64,000 nucleotides of DNA. It comes from a virus. Where the stretch lies: the IMG/VR virus record IMGVR_UViG_3300020424_000652; one strand, given 5' to 3'. The notes below the pieces were generated by a model, which saw only the letters and a list, made by a program, of their open reading frames with translations, ran no database searches and was not told where the DNA came from. Each line of letters begins with the position of its first letter. Positions within the stretch are counted from its first letter, which is position 1. Position numbers and translations under genes: made by a program. Positions 31,601-39,711 of this stretch are shown here, in pieces.

Positions 31601-31997
31601 TGTAAATTGTTGCAACTGTCCAAATATTTTTCCAATCAAATCCTTCTGCAAATAAATCCCATTTAGCTTGATCAGTTTCTAATTTACCTGGAGTTGCACC
31701 ATCAACTTCAGCTGTGTGAGCCGTGTTGGCAATGTAAATGTAACCACCATACTTAACAATATCATTTTGTTTGTAGTATGTTCCAGCTACCCAATCACCT
31801 AAAAATGCTGAACCGTCTGTGAATAGATTCCATTTAGTTGCTTCGTCTGTTGTGAATAATGTTGAAGCTGTGTGTCCAACCGAACAGTAGTAGGTTCTAC
31901 CACCATGTCTTACAATATCGTCTTTATAGTAGACGGTGCCGGAAGCCCACGCTCCCTTCCAAACAAATCTAATTCTACCTAGTTTAAACTCAGCCAT
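25686..31997 (-). CDS. Giant virion protein with N-terminal CBM5/12-like repeats and a beta-helix-like core (2103 aa)
   Basis: Repeated WxxxTxYxxNDxVxYGGxxYxCxxxHTS; VYYV...VFVKTGTYTE...VGDELRST; C-terminal RYSQVRLTGHDFLDVGTG...STDQDGNFRVG. Confidence 0.75.
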   Translation of the reverse strand: MAEFKLGRIRFVWKGAWASGTVYYKDDIVRHGGRTYYCSVGHTASTLFTTDEATKWNLFTDGSAFLGDWVAGTYYKQNDIVKYGGYIYIANTAHTAEVDGATPGKLETDQAKWDLFAEGFDWKNIWTVATIYKVNDLVKYGGTVYLCNTAHTSSATFAADADGLEADQSKWDVFAKGIDWKQDWAPATKYRVNDTVKYGGQLYICNEAHLSSANTTLGLEADQSKWDYAHKGIEYKSVHQTNTRYKVNDVVKYGGGLWIATREHTSGGTNLASDNAVSGVIATVGSISAADASRTAGTYKDVNGSSGGSGTGQRFNITIDGTGAASITIVKGGEGHSATDVITVTDGDLGGGGGASLTFQVATITQTTNWSQFVPGLEFEDSWNSATNYQPGDFVTYGGYGYVSKTNHSNVIPYNNAATWDLFTTGFSLKGDYASATAKVNGAISSTTALVVDTNVGTIVQGMVVTGTGISGTVTVATVTDQNNLVLSSAQTLGNNVDLAFNTAYKTGDVVRVGGYTYLNIADSTGNRPPNASYWEKLNEGINWRDSWANGTYYDVGDAVRGINNVNSYICVTAHTADQTGAQNRPDQDVDGSEWKLLSGGAESGNLTTAGDLVYYGGSGPTRLPIGIAGQVLKVNDEGNAPEWAYFGQVDQVYYVGKGGADEDAPGYGVTIDKPWKTIRHAMREIRFGPRNPLTKDLIMRNKMFIMREAGKSYVDYQVANAGGSGIWNGFTYDAAKYQELVGLLVDAIAYDISHGGNERSRERAQSYFSTGSFAPASQASQISAVNSYVNTMLQRIVQNLVVTTNYQSLNSESNTVTQYNPAGVVPEMIGTQVSTLITLINEVIDAGDLTGLDAKVKPNTTVFVKTGTYTEVCPIVIPADTALVGDELRSTDIGVYPTGITLTSDATLSMAALTRISAVMSDLIQNNSITKTPAGAHVKMDSFSAADASRTPGTYNAVTGSSAGSGTVGTFNITVGAGGAVTGVVVVTGGTGHAVNDTITIQDSALGGGGAANFTMDVQEIATGNTQTQDTNREPGDATSVTNTTNLITEIKAYIDYGVNGVGTAYPEKTGQTTTNSRAGDVYARGRILANLDFLIYEGQEYIKANNTKLYMEKEALYGSKHGAKCRDDLKRYLEGIMWDLENFGNYMSLTSARYLVNSIMGSSTSDMFYMQNGTGLRNCTVRGLSGTLGSENAYGTKRPTAGAFVSLDPSWGPADTRAWISTRSPYVQNVTTFGTKCIGMKVDGDIHAGGNDSIVANDFTQILDQGIGAWVTNLGRAELVSVFSYYGHMGYLAENGGKIRATNGNSSYGDFGTVAEGVDLTETPIKAYVDNRSFEAVVTATITDNNNIIALEYANAGRDYNVSTTTISLSGDGYGVTGLTPVTSTGGVMEIRLTGNANTFGGADYKFATNTPQAGTSTQITLSNTDTALSAAYVGMAVFLTGGKGAGQYGYVNTYNAGTKVATIKKYSDGSDGWDQIVSGRAIEAALDNTTVYSVEPRVVISAPGNDGSTATAQALARAKVADGKISEVRIIHPGASYTTPPTVTFTDPNNTADAPLEVFIGDGVLNQPSFTSRGTGYTTLTATIDDTGSEKNITGVSFSENPYANTLLTANKEYVKDEVIAWINNQISTVGGTLWDGFIYDADLWETQTGTLIDALANDVKFGGTKDTTAAARAYWIGTQTQLPNAQQQRIASFVQMKTILLDYILDNTSYSSLQSVTTQTTNSNNGEAAGQTKVGELIDIVTETIANGLASMPTNGGAGCVNLTVATHNILERTKITISEIVGTTQLNANSYFVKVIDGNTLQLYLDNDLLFPAVYKNGTAYVSGGKVKYGAGFRDAKQSGKYVKVEAMESIPQAGANVVFSHLPNTVFKLVSVTGLTGSNPYSALLQLSPDMAINDAPAHGTSVEMRIRYSQVRLTGHDFLDVGTGGFTTTNYPGTPTIPADPNDETVTGGGGRVFFTSTDQDGNFRVGGLFNVEQATGVATLNADAFSITGLQELQLGSVALGGTGATVNEFSTDGTFAANSDSIVPTQKAIKTYITSQIGGGASELNVNTVTAGVVHISGNTITTTTNVPINITATMNFTGGISGSPVAMQQFLLS

Positions 31998-32035
31998 TTT
32001 GTAATAAATCCTTGTTGTTTATATTTATCATTGTG

Positions 32036-35000
32036 TTATCCATTACTATTATATCCGTTACCTGCATCGTTATAATATAGTCCATCACCCTCATAATCAT
32101 CCTGAGAATCTATCAATGTAAGAGCTTCCATACCCAAGTTATTGTATGCTTGAGCAACCATAGTTCCCCCTGGAATCTTAGAACTGCTTAATGGTACTGG
32201 AATATTGATTGGTAAATCACCAGTATTTGACAAGTGATTTATTTGATCAAACTTACAAGTACCAGCCGTAAGTGCGTTAGCCGCCACGTTTGCTCCACCA
32301 CCTGATATTCTTGATTGGATATAAGCCGCAATAGCTCTTTGTGTAGGAACAATAGCATTACTATTAGCAACGAAAGTTTGTTCTTTTGAAAATTCTCTAA
32401 TTACAGCATTTGTTCCACCAAGTACAAAAGCACCCAATCTCAATTCATTCAATCCAGATAGGTCAAACTGTGATGCACTTATAGAAACAATACCTGTGCT
32501 TTGTTCAACTTTAAATAATTCACCAACTCTAAAGTTTCCATCTTGGTCAGTTGATGCATAGAAAACTCTTCCACCATTGTATTCATTGGCTTCCCACATC
32601 TGTTCTGGTGGATTAACTGATCCAAACCCTTCAAGATAAAGTTTAGGATAATCAGTGTTGTTAAAGTTTCCAGTACCTATGTCTAGGAAATCATGGAACG
32701 TTAATCTTACCTGACTGTATTTTTGTCTAATAGTAACTGAAGTTCCGTGTTCTGGTGATTCTTGTATACCCATTGTAGGTGCTATGGAAATTTTTGCTCT
32801 AATGTTTGGAGCAGATCCTGAAATAACAGTTGCACTTCCTACTTTGTAAATAACATCTGTGATTCCTGCAAATCTCATGTTATCACCCGGACTTGGTAAT
32901 AATGTTAAATCGTCAACAACTACTTCTCCTCCGGTTTGATATTTGTCAATAAATCCATTACCTGTGATTGTAACTGCATTAAATCTTACATAACCAGATC
33001 CTCTTGATTTGAATGCTGGTTGTGCCAATACATTATTTTTAATTCTTACAGAAATATTTGCATCTTGTGTTTTTTGTGTATCGATAACATCAACAGTTGG
33101 CGGAGTAGCTGAGTCATAACCAGATCCTGGATCAGTCATTACAAATCTTGTAATTCTTCCAGTATCAATTGTTGCTCTCATCTGTGCTTGTCTACCAGTT
33201 TTAATAGTGTTAATAGTTGCAGTTGATCCTGTGTCTATCACAACAAACTGTGGACCTTTTGTTCCTGTACCTACGTGTACCTTTGGTGTAAATGCTCCAA
33301 CTGGTGGAGTAATTTGTGGCTTGACTACCCAAGTATCACCTCCGTCACTTTGTCTTACATTACCAGCTGAGTCAACTGCCATAAACACTCCATCTGTGTA
33401 ATCCAGTCCCCATTCATTTTCATTAATAATGTTGGAAGCCTCTACAGGTCTCCAAGTTGCGTTGTTGGCTCCTTCTGCATAATCAGTAAAACTTAAATAG
33501 AAAGTTGATGGTAAACCAAATGTTGCAGTGGTTGTTGAAGTGCCATCACTAATCATTGTTGAAGGACTTGCTGGGTTGAAAGGAAAAGTAGCAGTACCGT
33601 TTGGCTTCACTGCCGCAATAAATCTTCCGTTACCAAAAGTAAAATCAGTTACGTTAAATGTTGTTGGACATACTCTTGTTGTTGATTGCCAGTTTTGTCC
33701 ATTGTCTGTGCTTTCAAATGCAGTACCATCTGCCTTAACAGCAATCCATTTTCCATTACCGTATCTAATATGTTTTAAACCTGTTCCCATACCTGAAGTT
33801 ACATAAGTCCAAGTTGTTCCGTCTGTTGTAGTTACAGCTAATTCATCTGAATCATCTGCTACTGCAATTACTGTATGTGACGTATCACTAAAAGGACCTT
33901 CTGCTATGTCCACCCAGTTACGTTGTGTGATTGGATATGGATTTGATCCCCAGGCTGTCGCCGCTGTTGATAAGTTTGCTCTATTTCCATTTCCTAATGC
34001 AATCCAATATTTTAATTTTCCTTTACACTTAACAATACATTGTGGTCTTACAAAACCTGCGTCAACTGTTGCCGCCGAAAATGCCGATTGGCTGTTGTCA
34101 CTGTACAATGCTAAATCTGTACCACTGCCAGGGAAACAAAATACTGTTTCATTGTGTACACCAGCAACTGGTTTCCAAACGTTTGTGTTGTTTGTGTTAT
34201 GAGCCGTTGATGCATAGTTTGGTTCAGCTACTTTTATTCTTGGTTCAATCCTGTAAGTTGTTGATCCATCTAATGATGTTTCAATTGCTTGTCCAGGAAG
34301 TATGTGATCAAATCCTCTTTTTCCATCTGATGCTTTTATTACATTAATTAATTTTGTGCTTGGGAAGTATTCATCAATAATACCAAATTGTCCTACACCT
34401 TTACCTTCTTCAATAAAAATTTGCATTGATTCAGAAATTGTAGCAACGTTAAATGTTAATGGTGCTCCTCCATAGTTTCCTAGTGATGCATCTGCAATAG
34501 TAATTGTGTCTCCAACTCTATGACTGTCTCCACCATGTGTTACCGTAACTGTACAATTACCAGTGTTGTCTACAACAACTGTAAATCTCATATTAGTTAC
34601 GCCAGCAAATTGATTGTTTGACGTTCCTGTCACATTTGTATATGTGATAGGATGGTCTAATGCGTTTTGAACTCTGTTTGCATCTGCACCGGAAATATTA
34701 TTAATTGTAAGTATTGCTCTTCCAACATATTTTTCTGCGGTCCCAGTATCTGAGTTTGCAATTTTAATGCTAAAGTTTGTTCCTTCTTGAGCAGAGTTTC
34801 TAACGGCAGTCGTGTGTCCTCTACCACCTGGTAAACTTGAATCACCTGGATCCAACAATCTTATTTCACTTATTCCTGCATTTCTTACATCAATGAAATC
34901 GTTATCAACGTCAACTCCAGAACCTGATCCAGTAATTGTGTAAGTGGCATCAGCATAGTCTTGACCTGCGTGTGTGTAACCTAATGCAAGGATTTGATTA

Positions 35001-37357
35001 CCATCATTGTAAACTACTGGTGCTTCTGCATCATAATATCTGTTGTTCAATGTTGCTGTGATTGGTGTTTCTAAAGCATATTCACCTTCAGCAAATGATC
35101 CATATTTTCCATATGAGTTGTTTCCGTTAGTTGCTCTAATTTTTCCGCCACCTGTACAATAGTAACCAATATGACAATAATATGTAAACACAGATACAAG
35201 CTCTGCTTTACCGTCATCGTTACACCATACACCTATTCCATCACTTAGAACCTGTGTAAAGTCGTTTGCAACAATAGATCTATTTCCACCATTGTGTAAT
35301 GTACCATCAATCTTCATTCCTATACAACCAGATCCTAATGTTGTTACGTTTTGTACATAAGTTGATTTGTTTGTTACCCATACACTAGTATCTGTAGGTC
35401 CTGCTCCTGGATCAAGTGCCACATAAGCACCTGTGTTAGGAATCTGTGCTCCGTAGTTGTCTGCTGAACCTAGTTGACCTACCATACCTTGTAATGTCAT
35501 GTTTCTTATACCACAACCATTTCTAACTCTAAACATATCGTTGGTTTCATAACCTGCACGTGGTTGAACAGTTGTGCTTCTTAATTCATCTCCAACAATA
35601 GCAACGCCACTTGGAACATTGATTGGAGTAATCTCACTGTATAGTCCTGTGCTAACAAAAATTGTTGCAGGAGCTCTGTTGGCCTCATCTGCTAATATAT
35701 ATTGTGTTGCGTATTTGATACTTGCAAAAGGAGCCGATATTGTTAAACCAAATCCTGAATCATCTTTTCCATTCATTGCAACATAATAAACCTTTTGAAC
35801 TTCACCTAATCTTTCCCAAGTACCTGTTCCATTAACAACTTTTAATGCTTGTCCTGGAAGACCTATTCCTAATCTTGTATGATTACTTCCGTCATGTGTT
35901 CTTAAATCACCTCTGTAAGCCAACACGTTGTTTGGATTACCCATAACCATTTTGATCCAATAACTGTTTGTTGTATCTAGGTCTGGAGTAACAAGTGTTG
36001 AATCATCACCTTGGTGTGCTTGAACACATTTGTATGACGTTCCTTTGTAAACAATAATGTCTCCTAACACATAAGACTGTGTTGAGAACCATTCACCTCT
36101 GTAATATATCCCTGTCAATAATAATTGCCAGTACATATTAATTGATCCTTCTGTGGATCTAGTTGATCCTGGATCGTAATAACCTCTTGACTCTGGTGTT
36201 AATGCATCTGGTTGTTCGTTAGTGCTATCTCTAACAGCTATGTAAACAAAACCACCATTTCTAACTATCTCACCAGTTTTGTATGACGTAGCGGAATCCC
36301 ACTCACCTTTCATCTGGTAACCAGTCAACATTAATTCCCAATCATATTGACCTTGTAAACTTTCTCCTTCGTAGAACACACCAGTTACACTTGGTGGACT
36401 ACCTGTGTTATTCTTCATTGCAACATAAGTGTATCCACCGTATACTACAATGTCACCTGGTTGATAAGTTGCCGCATTATTCCATACAGCTTCATATCCT
36501 AAACCAGGACACCATATATCAAATTTTGCTTCATCGAAACTTGCTAATGATTGGTGTGCAGTCTTACAACGCCATAACGTTGGACCGTACATAACGATAT
36601 CACCTACTTTGTATTTGATACCAGATGAATCTAAGTTTCCTTGCCATTCACCTTTGTAACAAATACCGTCAAGTATGACATCCCATTTTGCTTGATCTTG
36701 TTCTAAACCTAAAATTGTTGTTGCCGCTGATGTGTGTCCAGTGTTACATCTGTAAAGTCTTGCACCATATCTTACAAAATCATTTACTTTATATTTTGTA
36801 GTAATTGACCAATCAATCTTCCAGTCATCTGTTTTAACAACTAGATCCCACTTGGACTGATCATTTTCTAATCCAGCAACCGTTGTTGCAGAAGTGTGTT
36901 CTGTTAAACATTGGTAAACATAACCACCGTACTTGACAACATCATCTATTCTATATCTTGTTGCAGGTGCCCATTCAACTCTCCAGTTCGGACTCTTTGC
37001 ATATGGTTGTAATTTATCTGTGTCGTTGCTAATACCTAAAGCTGTGGTACTTGCTGAAACGTGTTCCTGTAAAACTTTATAAATTACACCATTGTATTTT
37101 ATTAAATCATTTGGTACATATCTTGTTTCAACTACCCAGTCACCTCTCCATTGGAAACCTTCTGTATTTTTTAACCACTTGCCTGGTGTTGCATTTAGAT
37201 CAGTTGCAAAGGAAGTTTGATCGGAAACGTGTCCAACCATACAGATATAAACATTACCACCATGTCTAACAATATCATCTTTGATATAGGTGGCACCTTT
37301 CAGCCAAACATTTTTCCAAGTGTATCTAATTCTTGCTATGTTAAATTGCTGTGCCAT
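32036..37357 (-). CDS. Giant virion protein, paralogue of 25686-31997, with BNR/propeller-like insert (1773 aa)
   Basis: Same CBM-like repeats, VGDELRST, SIVANDFTQ, ELVSVF, STDQDGNFRVG. Additional TTDGTTW, STDNGQNW and SDGGDTW Asp-box-like motifs. Confidence 0.75.
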   Translation of the reverse strand: MAQQFNIARIRYTWKNVWLKGATYIKDDIVRHGGNVYICMVGHVSDQTSFATDLNATPGKWLKNTEGFQWRGDWVVETRYVPNDLIKYNGVIYKVLQEHVSASTTALGISNDTDKLQPYAKSPNWRVEWAPATRYRIDDVVKYGGYVYQCLTEHTSATTVAGLENDQSKWDLVVKTDDWKIDWSITTKYKVNDFVRYGARLYRCNTGHTSAATTILGLEQDQAKWDVILDGICYKGEWQGNLDSSGIKYKVGDIVMYGPTLWRCKTAHQSLASFDEAKFDIWCPGLGYEAVWNNAATYQPGDIVVYGGYTYVAMKNNTGSPPSVTGVFYEGESLQGQYDWELMLTGYQMKGEWDSATSYKTGEIVRNGGFVYIAVRDSTNEQPDALTPESRGYYDPGSTRSTEGSINMYWQLLLTGIYYRGEWFSTQSYVLGDIIVYKGTSYKCVQAHQGDDSTLVTPDLDTTNSYWIKMVMGNPNNVLAYRGDLRTHDGSNHTRLGIGLPGQALKVVNGTGTWERLGEVQKVYYVAMNGKDDSGFGLTISAPFASIKYATQYILADEANRAPATIFVSTGLYSEITPINVPSGVAIVGDELRSTTVQPRAGYETNDMFRVRNGCGIRNMTLQGMVGQLGSADNYGAQIPNTGAYVALDPGAGPTDTSVWVTNKSTYVQNVTTLGSGCIGMKIDGTLHNGGNRSIVANDFTQVLSDGIGVWCNDDGKAELVSVFTYYCHIGYYCTGGGKIRATNGNNSYGKYGSFAEGEYALETPITATLNNRYYDAEAPVVYNDGNQILALGYTHAGQDYADATYTITGSGSGVDVDNDFIDVRNAGISEIRLLDPGDSSLPGGRGHTTAVRNSAQEGTNFSIKIANSDTGTAEKYVGRAILTINNISGADANRVQNALDHPITYTNVTGTSNNQFAGVTNMRFTVVVDNTGNCTVTVTHGGDSHRVGDTITIADASLGNYGGAPLTFNVATISESMQIFIEEGKGVGQFGIIDEYFPSTKLINVIKASDGKRGFDHILPGQAIETSLDGSTTYRIEPRIKVAEPNYASTAHNTNNTNVWKPVAGVHNETVFCFPGSGTDLALYSDNSQSAFSAATVDAGFVRPQCIVKCKGKLKYWIALGNGNRANLSTAATAWGSNPYPITQRNWVDIAEGPFSDTSHTVIAVADDSDELAVTTTDGTTWTYVTSGMGTGLKHIRYGNGKWIAVKADGTAFESTDNGQNWQSTTRVCPTTFNVTDFTFGNGRFIAAVKPNGTATFPFNPASPSTMISDGTSTTTATFGLPSTFYLSFTDYAEGANNATWRPVEASNIINENEWGLDYTDGVFMAVDSAGNVRQSDGGDTWVVKPQITPPVGAFTPKVHVGTGTKGPQFVVIDTGSTATINTIKTGRQAQMRATIDTGRITRFVMTDPGSGYDSATPPTVDVIDTQKTQDANISVRIKNNVLAQPAFKSRGSGYVRFNAVTITGNGFIDKYQTGGEVVVDDLTLLPSPGDNMRFAGITDVIYKVGSATVISGSAPNIRAKISIAPTMGIQESPEHGTSVTIRQKYSQVRLTFHDFLDIGTGNFNNTDYPKLYLEGFGSVNPPEQMWEANEYNGGRVFYASTDQDGNFRVGELFKVEQSTGIVSISASQFDLSGLNELRLGAFVLGGTNAVIREFSKEQTFVANSNAIVPTQRAIAAYIQSRISGGGANVAANALTAGTCKFDQINHLSNTGDLPINIPVPLSSSKIPGGTMVAQAYNNLGMEALTLIDSQDDYEGDGLYYNDAGNGYNSNG

Positions 37358-37758
37358 TATCCTGCGTACCCTGTTGCGTTTTGTCCAAATGGTAAGTGAT
37401 CACTTGAAGTTCCATCTGGATATTCATATTTTGTGTTAACTCTTAAAACAACTTCACCTTCACTGTTAAGATAATAATAAATGTTTTGATCGTCCCAACG
37501 CATTTGTTCAAACACCAAGTTGTCAAAAACCAAAACGTGGTTTGGATTTCTTCCTTCGAAGAAACTTTCTCCTGCTTGGAAGTCTGTGTAGTTTCCGTCA
37601 GTACCACCTGGTCTGTTAATTTGAATTACGTCAGTTGGAGATGCTTTATCAACCTTTGCAATAAAAAGTTGTCCATCATCATCTCTACGTAATGCGTAGA
37701 AATAACGTTCGCCTGTATCACCTTCTAACGGTGCTTGTCCTACATAGTTAAAACTCAT
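37357..37758 (-). CDS. Hypothetical virion-associated protein
   Basis: 133-aa ORF tightly coupled (1-bp overlap) within the structural operon. Confidence 0.6.
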   Translation of the reverse strand: MSFNYVGQAPLEGDTGERYFYALRRDDDGQLFIAKVDKASPTDVIQINRPGGTDGNYTDFQAGESFFEGRNPNHVLVFDNLVFEQMRWDDQNIYYYLNSEGEVVLRVNTKYEYPDGTSSDHLPFGQNATGYAG

Positions 37759-37759
37759 A

Positions 37760-38089
37760 TTACACTATCTCCACATAACTTAAAATTACATCAACAGCAT
37801 CATCTTGATCTGCTGTGACAAATAAACTATTACCTTGAGGCAAAATTAATTTTTCACCTCCGTTGATGGCTCTCAAACTGGCACTGGGAGCAATCATCAC
37901 ATCTTTTACATAAAATCCTAGTACACTGGTATCATCTTTAACTTGAATGCTTACACGAGTATTACCGTCAAGTAAGTTTGCAACTGATAAACCAATAGCA
38001 GTAACTTTAGAACCACTAGCAACACTAACAATTTCTACTGGTACAGTTCCTACTGATTTTATAACTTTATTTCTAAAAAACGTTGCCAT
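37760..38089 (-). CDS. Small beta-sandwich virion protein (paralogue family)
   Basis: IGLSVAN...VKDVMIAP...GEKLIL...DVILSYVEI. Confidence 0.6.
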   Translation of the reverse strand: MATFFRNKVIKSVGTVPVEIVSVASGSKVTAIGLSVANLLDGNTRVSIQVKDDTSVLGFYVKDVMIAPSASLRAINGGEKLILPQGNSLFVTADQDDAVDVILSYVEIV

Positions 38090-38093
38090 ATTA

Positions 38094-39569
38094 TTATCCT
38101 AAACTTAAGACTAACTCCAATGCGATGTTTTGTGCATCTGTTTGTGAAACAGCACCTGAACTACCTGCAACCGTATCCCAAGCACTACCATCGTAAATTT
38201 CTAATCTACCGTCTGTTGTATTCCAACGTGTCATTCCTAAAACAGGACTTGTATGACGTTGTGAACCAGTACCAGCCGGAACAATAAATGCGTCTGTACC
38301 TGCGATCTGGAAGTAACCTGTACCTGGATCTAAGACACTGACAGCACCACTGCTAGTGTTATTTATAGTACTTCCACTGATATTAAAATTATCAATTTGC
38401 ACACCACCTGTACCGTTAGGTATAAGGTTCAAATCAGTGTTTGCAGTAGTTGTACTAATGGTGTTGCCATCAATTTGTATGCTATCTACATTAATTTTAG
38501 CAACATTAAATTCTGTTTGTGTAATACTTGCAATTAAGTTACCATTTGAGTAAAATCTAATAGTGTTATCATTTGCTCCAGGCGTTAATTCAGCAGTAAT
38601 ATATGTGTCAGCATCTAAATCATACACACCTGTTAACACTATCCAGTTACCGTCGTAACCTTCAAATTTAGATGTTGTGGTGTTGTAACGTATCATACCT
38701 ACTGCTGGTACAGTTGGTCTTTCCGCAGTAGAACCTGCTGGTATTCTAATTGATCCTGTTCCTTGTACATTTACTTGTCCAGAGCCTGGAACAAATGTCA
38801 TGTCAGTACTTGCAGTTTCTATTCTGCTTTGTTTGATCACAAAATCATCTATAACAATAGCACCAGAACCATTTGTTCTTAATTCTAAATCTGCATTAGA
38901 AGTTGTGTTTTGTATTACGTTAGAATCAATTACTATATCATCAATGTATGCCGCACCGGCGTGTACGCTGTTCCATTTTCTTCCTGGAGTACCTAAATTG
39001 TATTGAGCACTTGCATCTGGTTTTAAGTCTGATGTTATACCAGCAGTAATACTAATAGTATCAGTTGCTTCATCACCAATTTGTACATTTCCTGAAATAG
39101 TAATATCACCATCAGCAGTTAAATTTCCAGTGATATCTAAGTTACCTGTGACAGCTAAATTTCCTTGTACATCAACTTTACCTGATCCTGATGGTACAAT
39201 ATCTATATCAGCATTTGATACAGTTGTGCTAATCACGTTTGTTGAAAATCTTAAATCATCAATTTCAAGAGTTTTTAATGCTGTAACTTTGTCTGATCCT
39301 ACTGTTGTTAAGTTTAATGTGTTTGCAACTGAATCAATAGTGTTGCCAGAAATTCTAACATCACCTATATATGCTGTTCCTGTTGTGATTAAATCTGTTG
39401 ATCTTGTAGTACCGTTTACATCTAGTTCGTATTGAGGAGTAGTAGTCTTAATACCGATCCTACTGTTATTAACATCCAAATATAGTAAATCCGTCTCAAA
39501 TGCTAAATCTACGCCGTTACGCAGAAGATTAGCCTTAAGTAGCGGACCTGATATACGACCTACAGCCAC
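38094..39569 (-). CDS. Tail-fibre-like structural protein (GTG start)
   Basis: RISGPLLKANL...LAFETDLLY, repeated ISTTxxNADxxL, PAGxxxxRP...GMxRYNTT...EGYDG; SD AGGAG upstream. Confidence 0.7.
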   Translation of the reverse strand: MAVGRISGPLLKANLLRNGVDLAFETDLLYLDVNNSRIGIKTTTPQYELDVNGTTRSTDLITTGTAYIGDVRISGNTIDSVANTLNLTTVGSDKVTALKTLEIDDLRFSTNVISTTVSNADIDIVPSGSGKVDVQGNLAVTGNLDITGNLTADGDITISGNVQIGDEATDTISITAGITSDLKPDASAQYNLGTPGRKWNSVHAGAAYIDDIVIDSNVIQNTTSNADLELRTNGSGAIVIDDFVIKQSRIETASTDMTFVPGSGQVNVQGTGSIRIPAGSTAERPTVPAVGMIRYNTTTSKFEGYDGNWIVLTGVYDLDADTYITAELTPGANDNTIRFYSNGNLIASITQTEFNVAKINVDSIQIDGNTISTTTANTDLNLIPNGTGGVQIDNFNISGSTINNTSSGAVSVLDPGTGYFQIAGTDAFIVPAGTGSQRHTSPVLGMTRWNTTDGRLEIYDGSAWDTVAGSSGAVSQTDAQNIALELVLSLG

Positions 39570-39690
39570 TTGTTTCTCCTAATACGGGGATCCTGTCCCA
39601 CTAACCTGATTGCATTGCCGGTTAACCACAGTATGTCCTATAAAACGTCTTTGGGTATCTCTCCCTCAGATGGTCTTGTCTTATATTACT
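39570..39690 (-). promoter_or_regulatory. Long, putatively structured 5' leader of the 38094-39569 gene
   Basis: About 120 nt between the late promoter (39693-39699) and the SD. Minus-strand stems CTGT..TTAACC/GGTTAG..ACAG and GGGA/TCCC lie next to the SD. Confidence 0.4.
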
Positions 39691-39711
39691 TGTATTTATC
39701 GTTTTTGGTAA

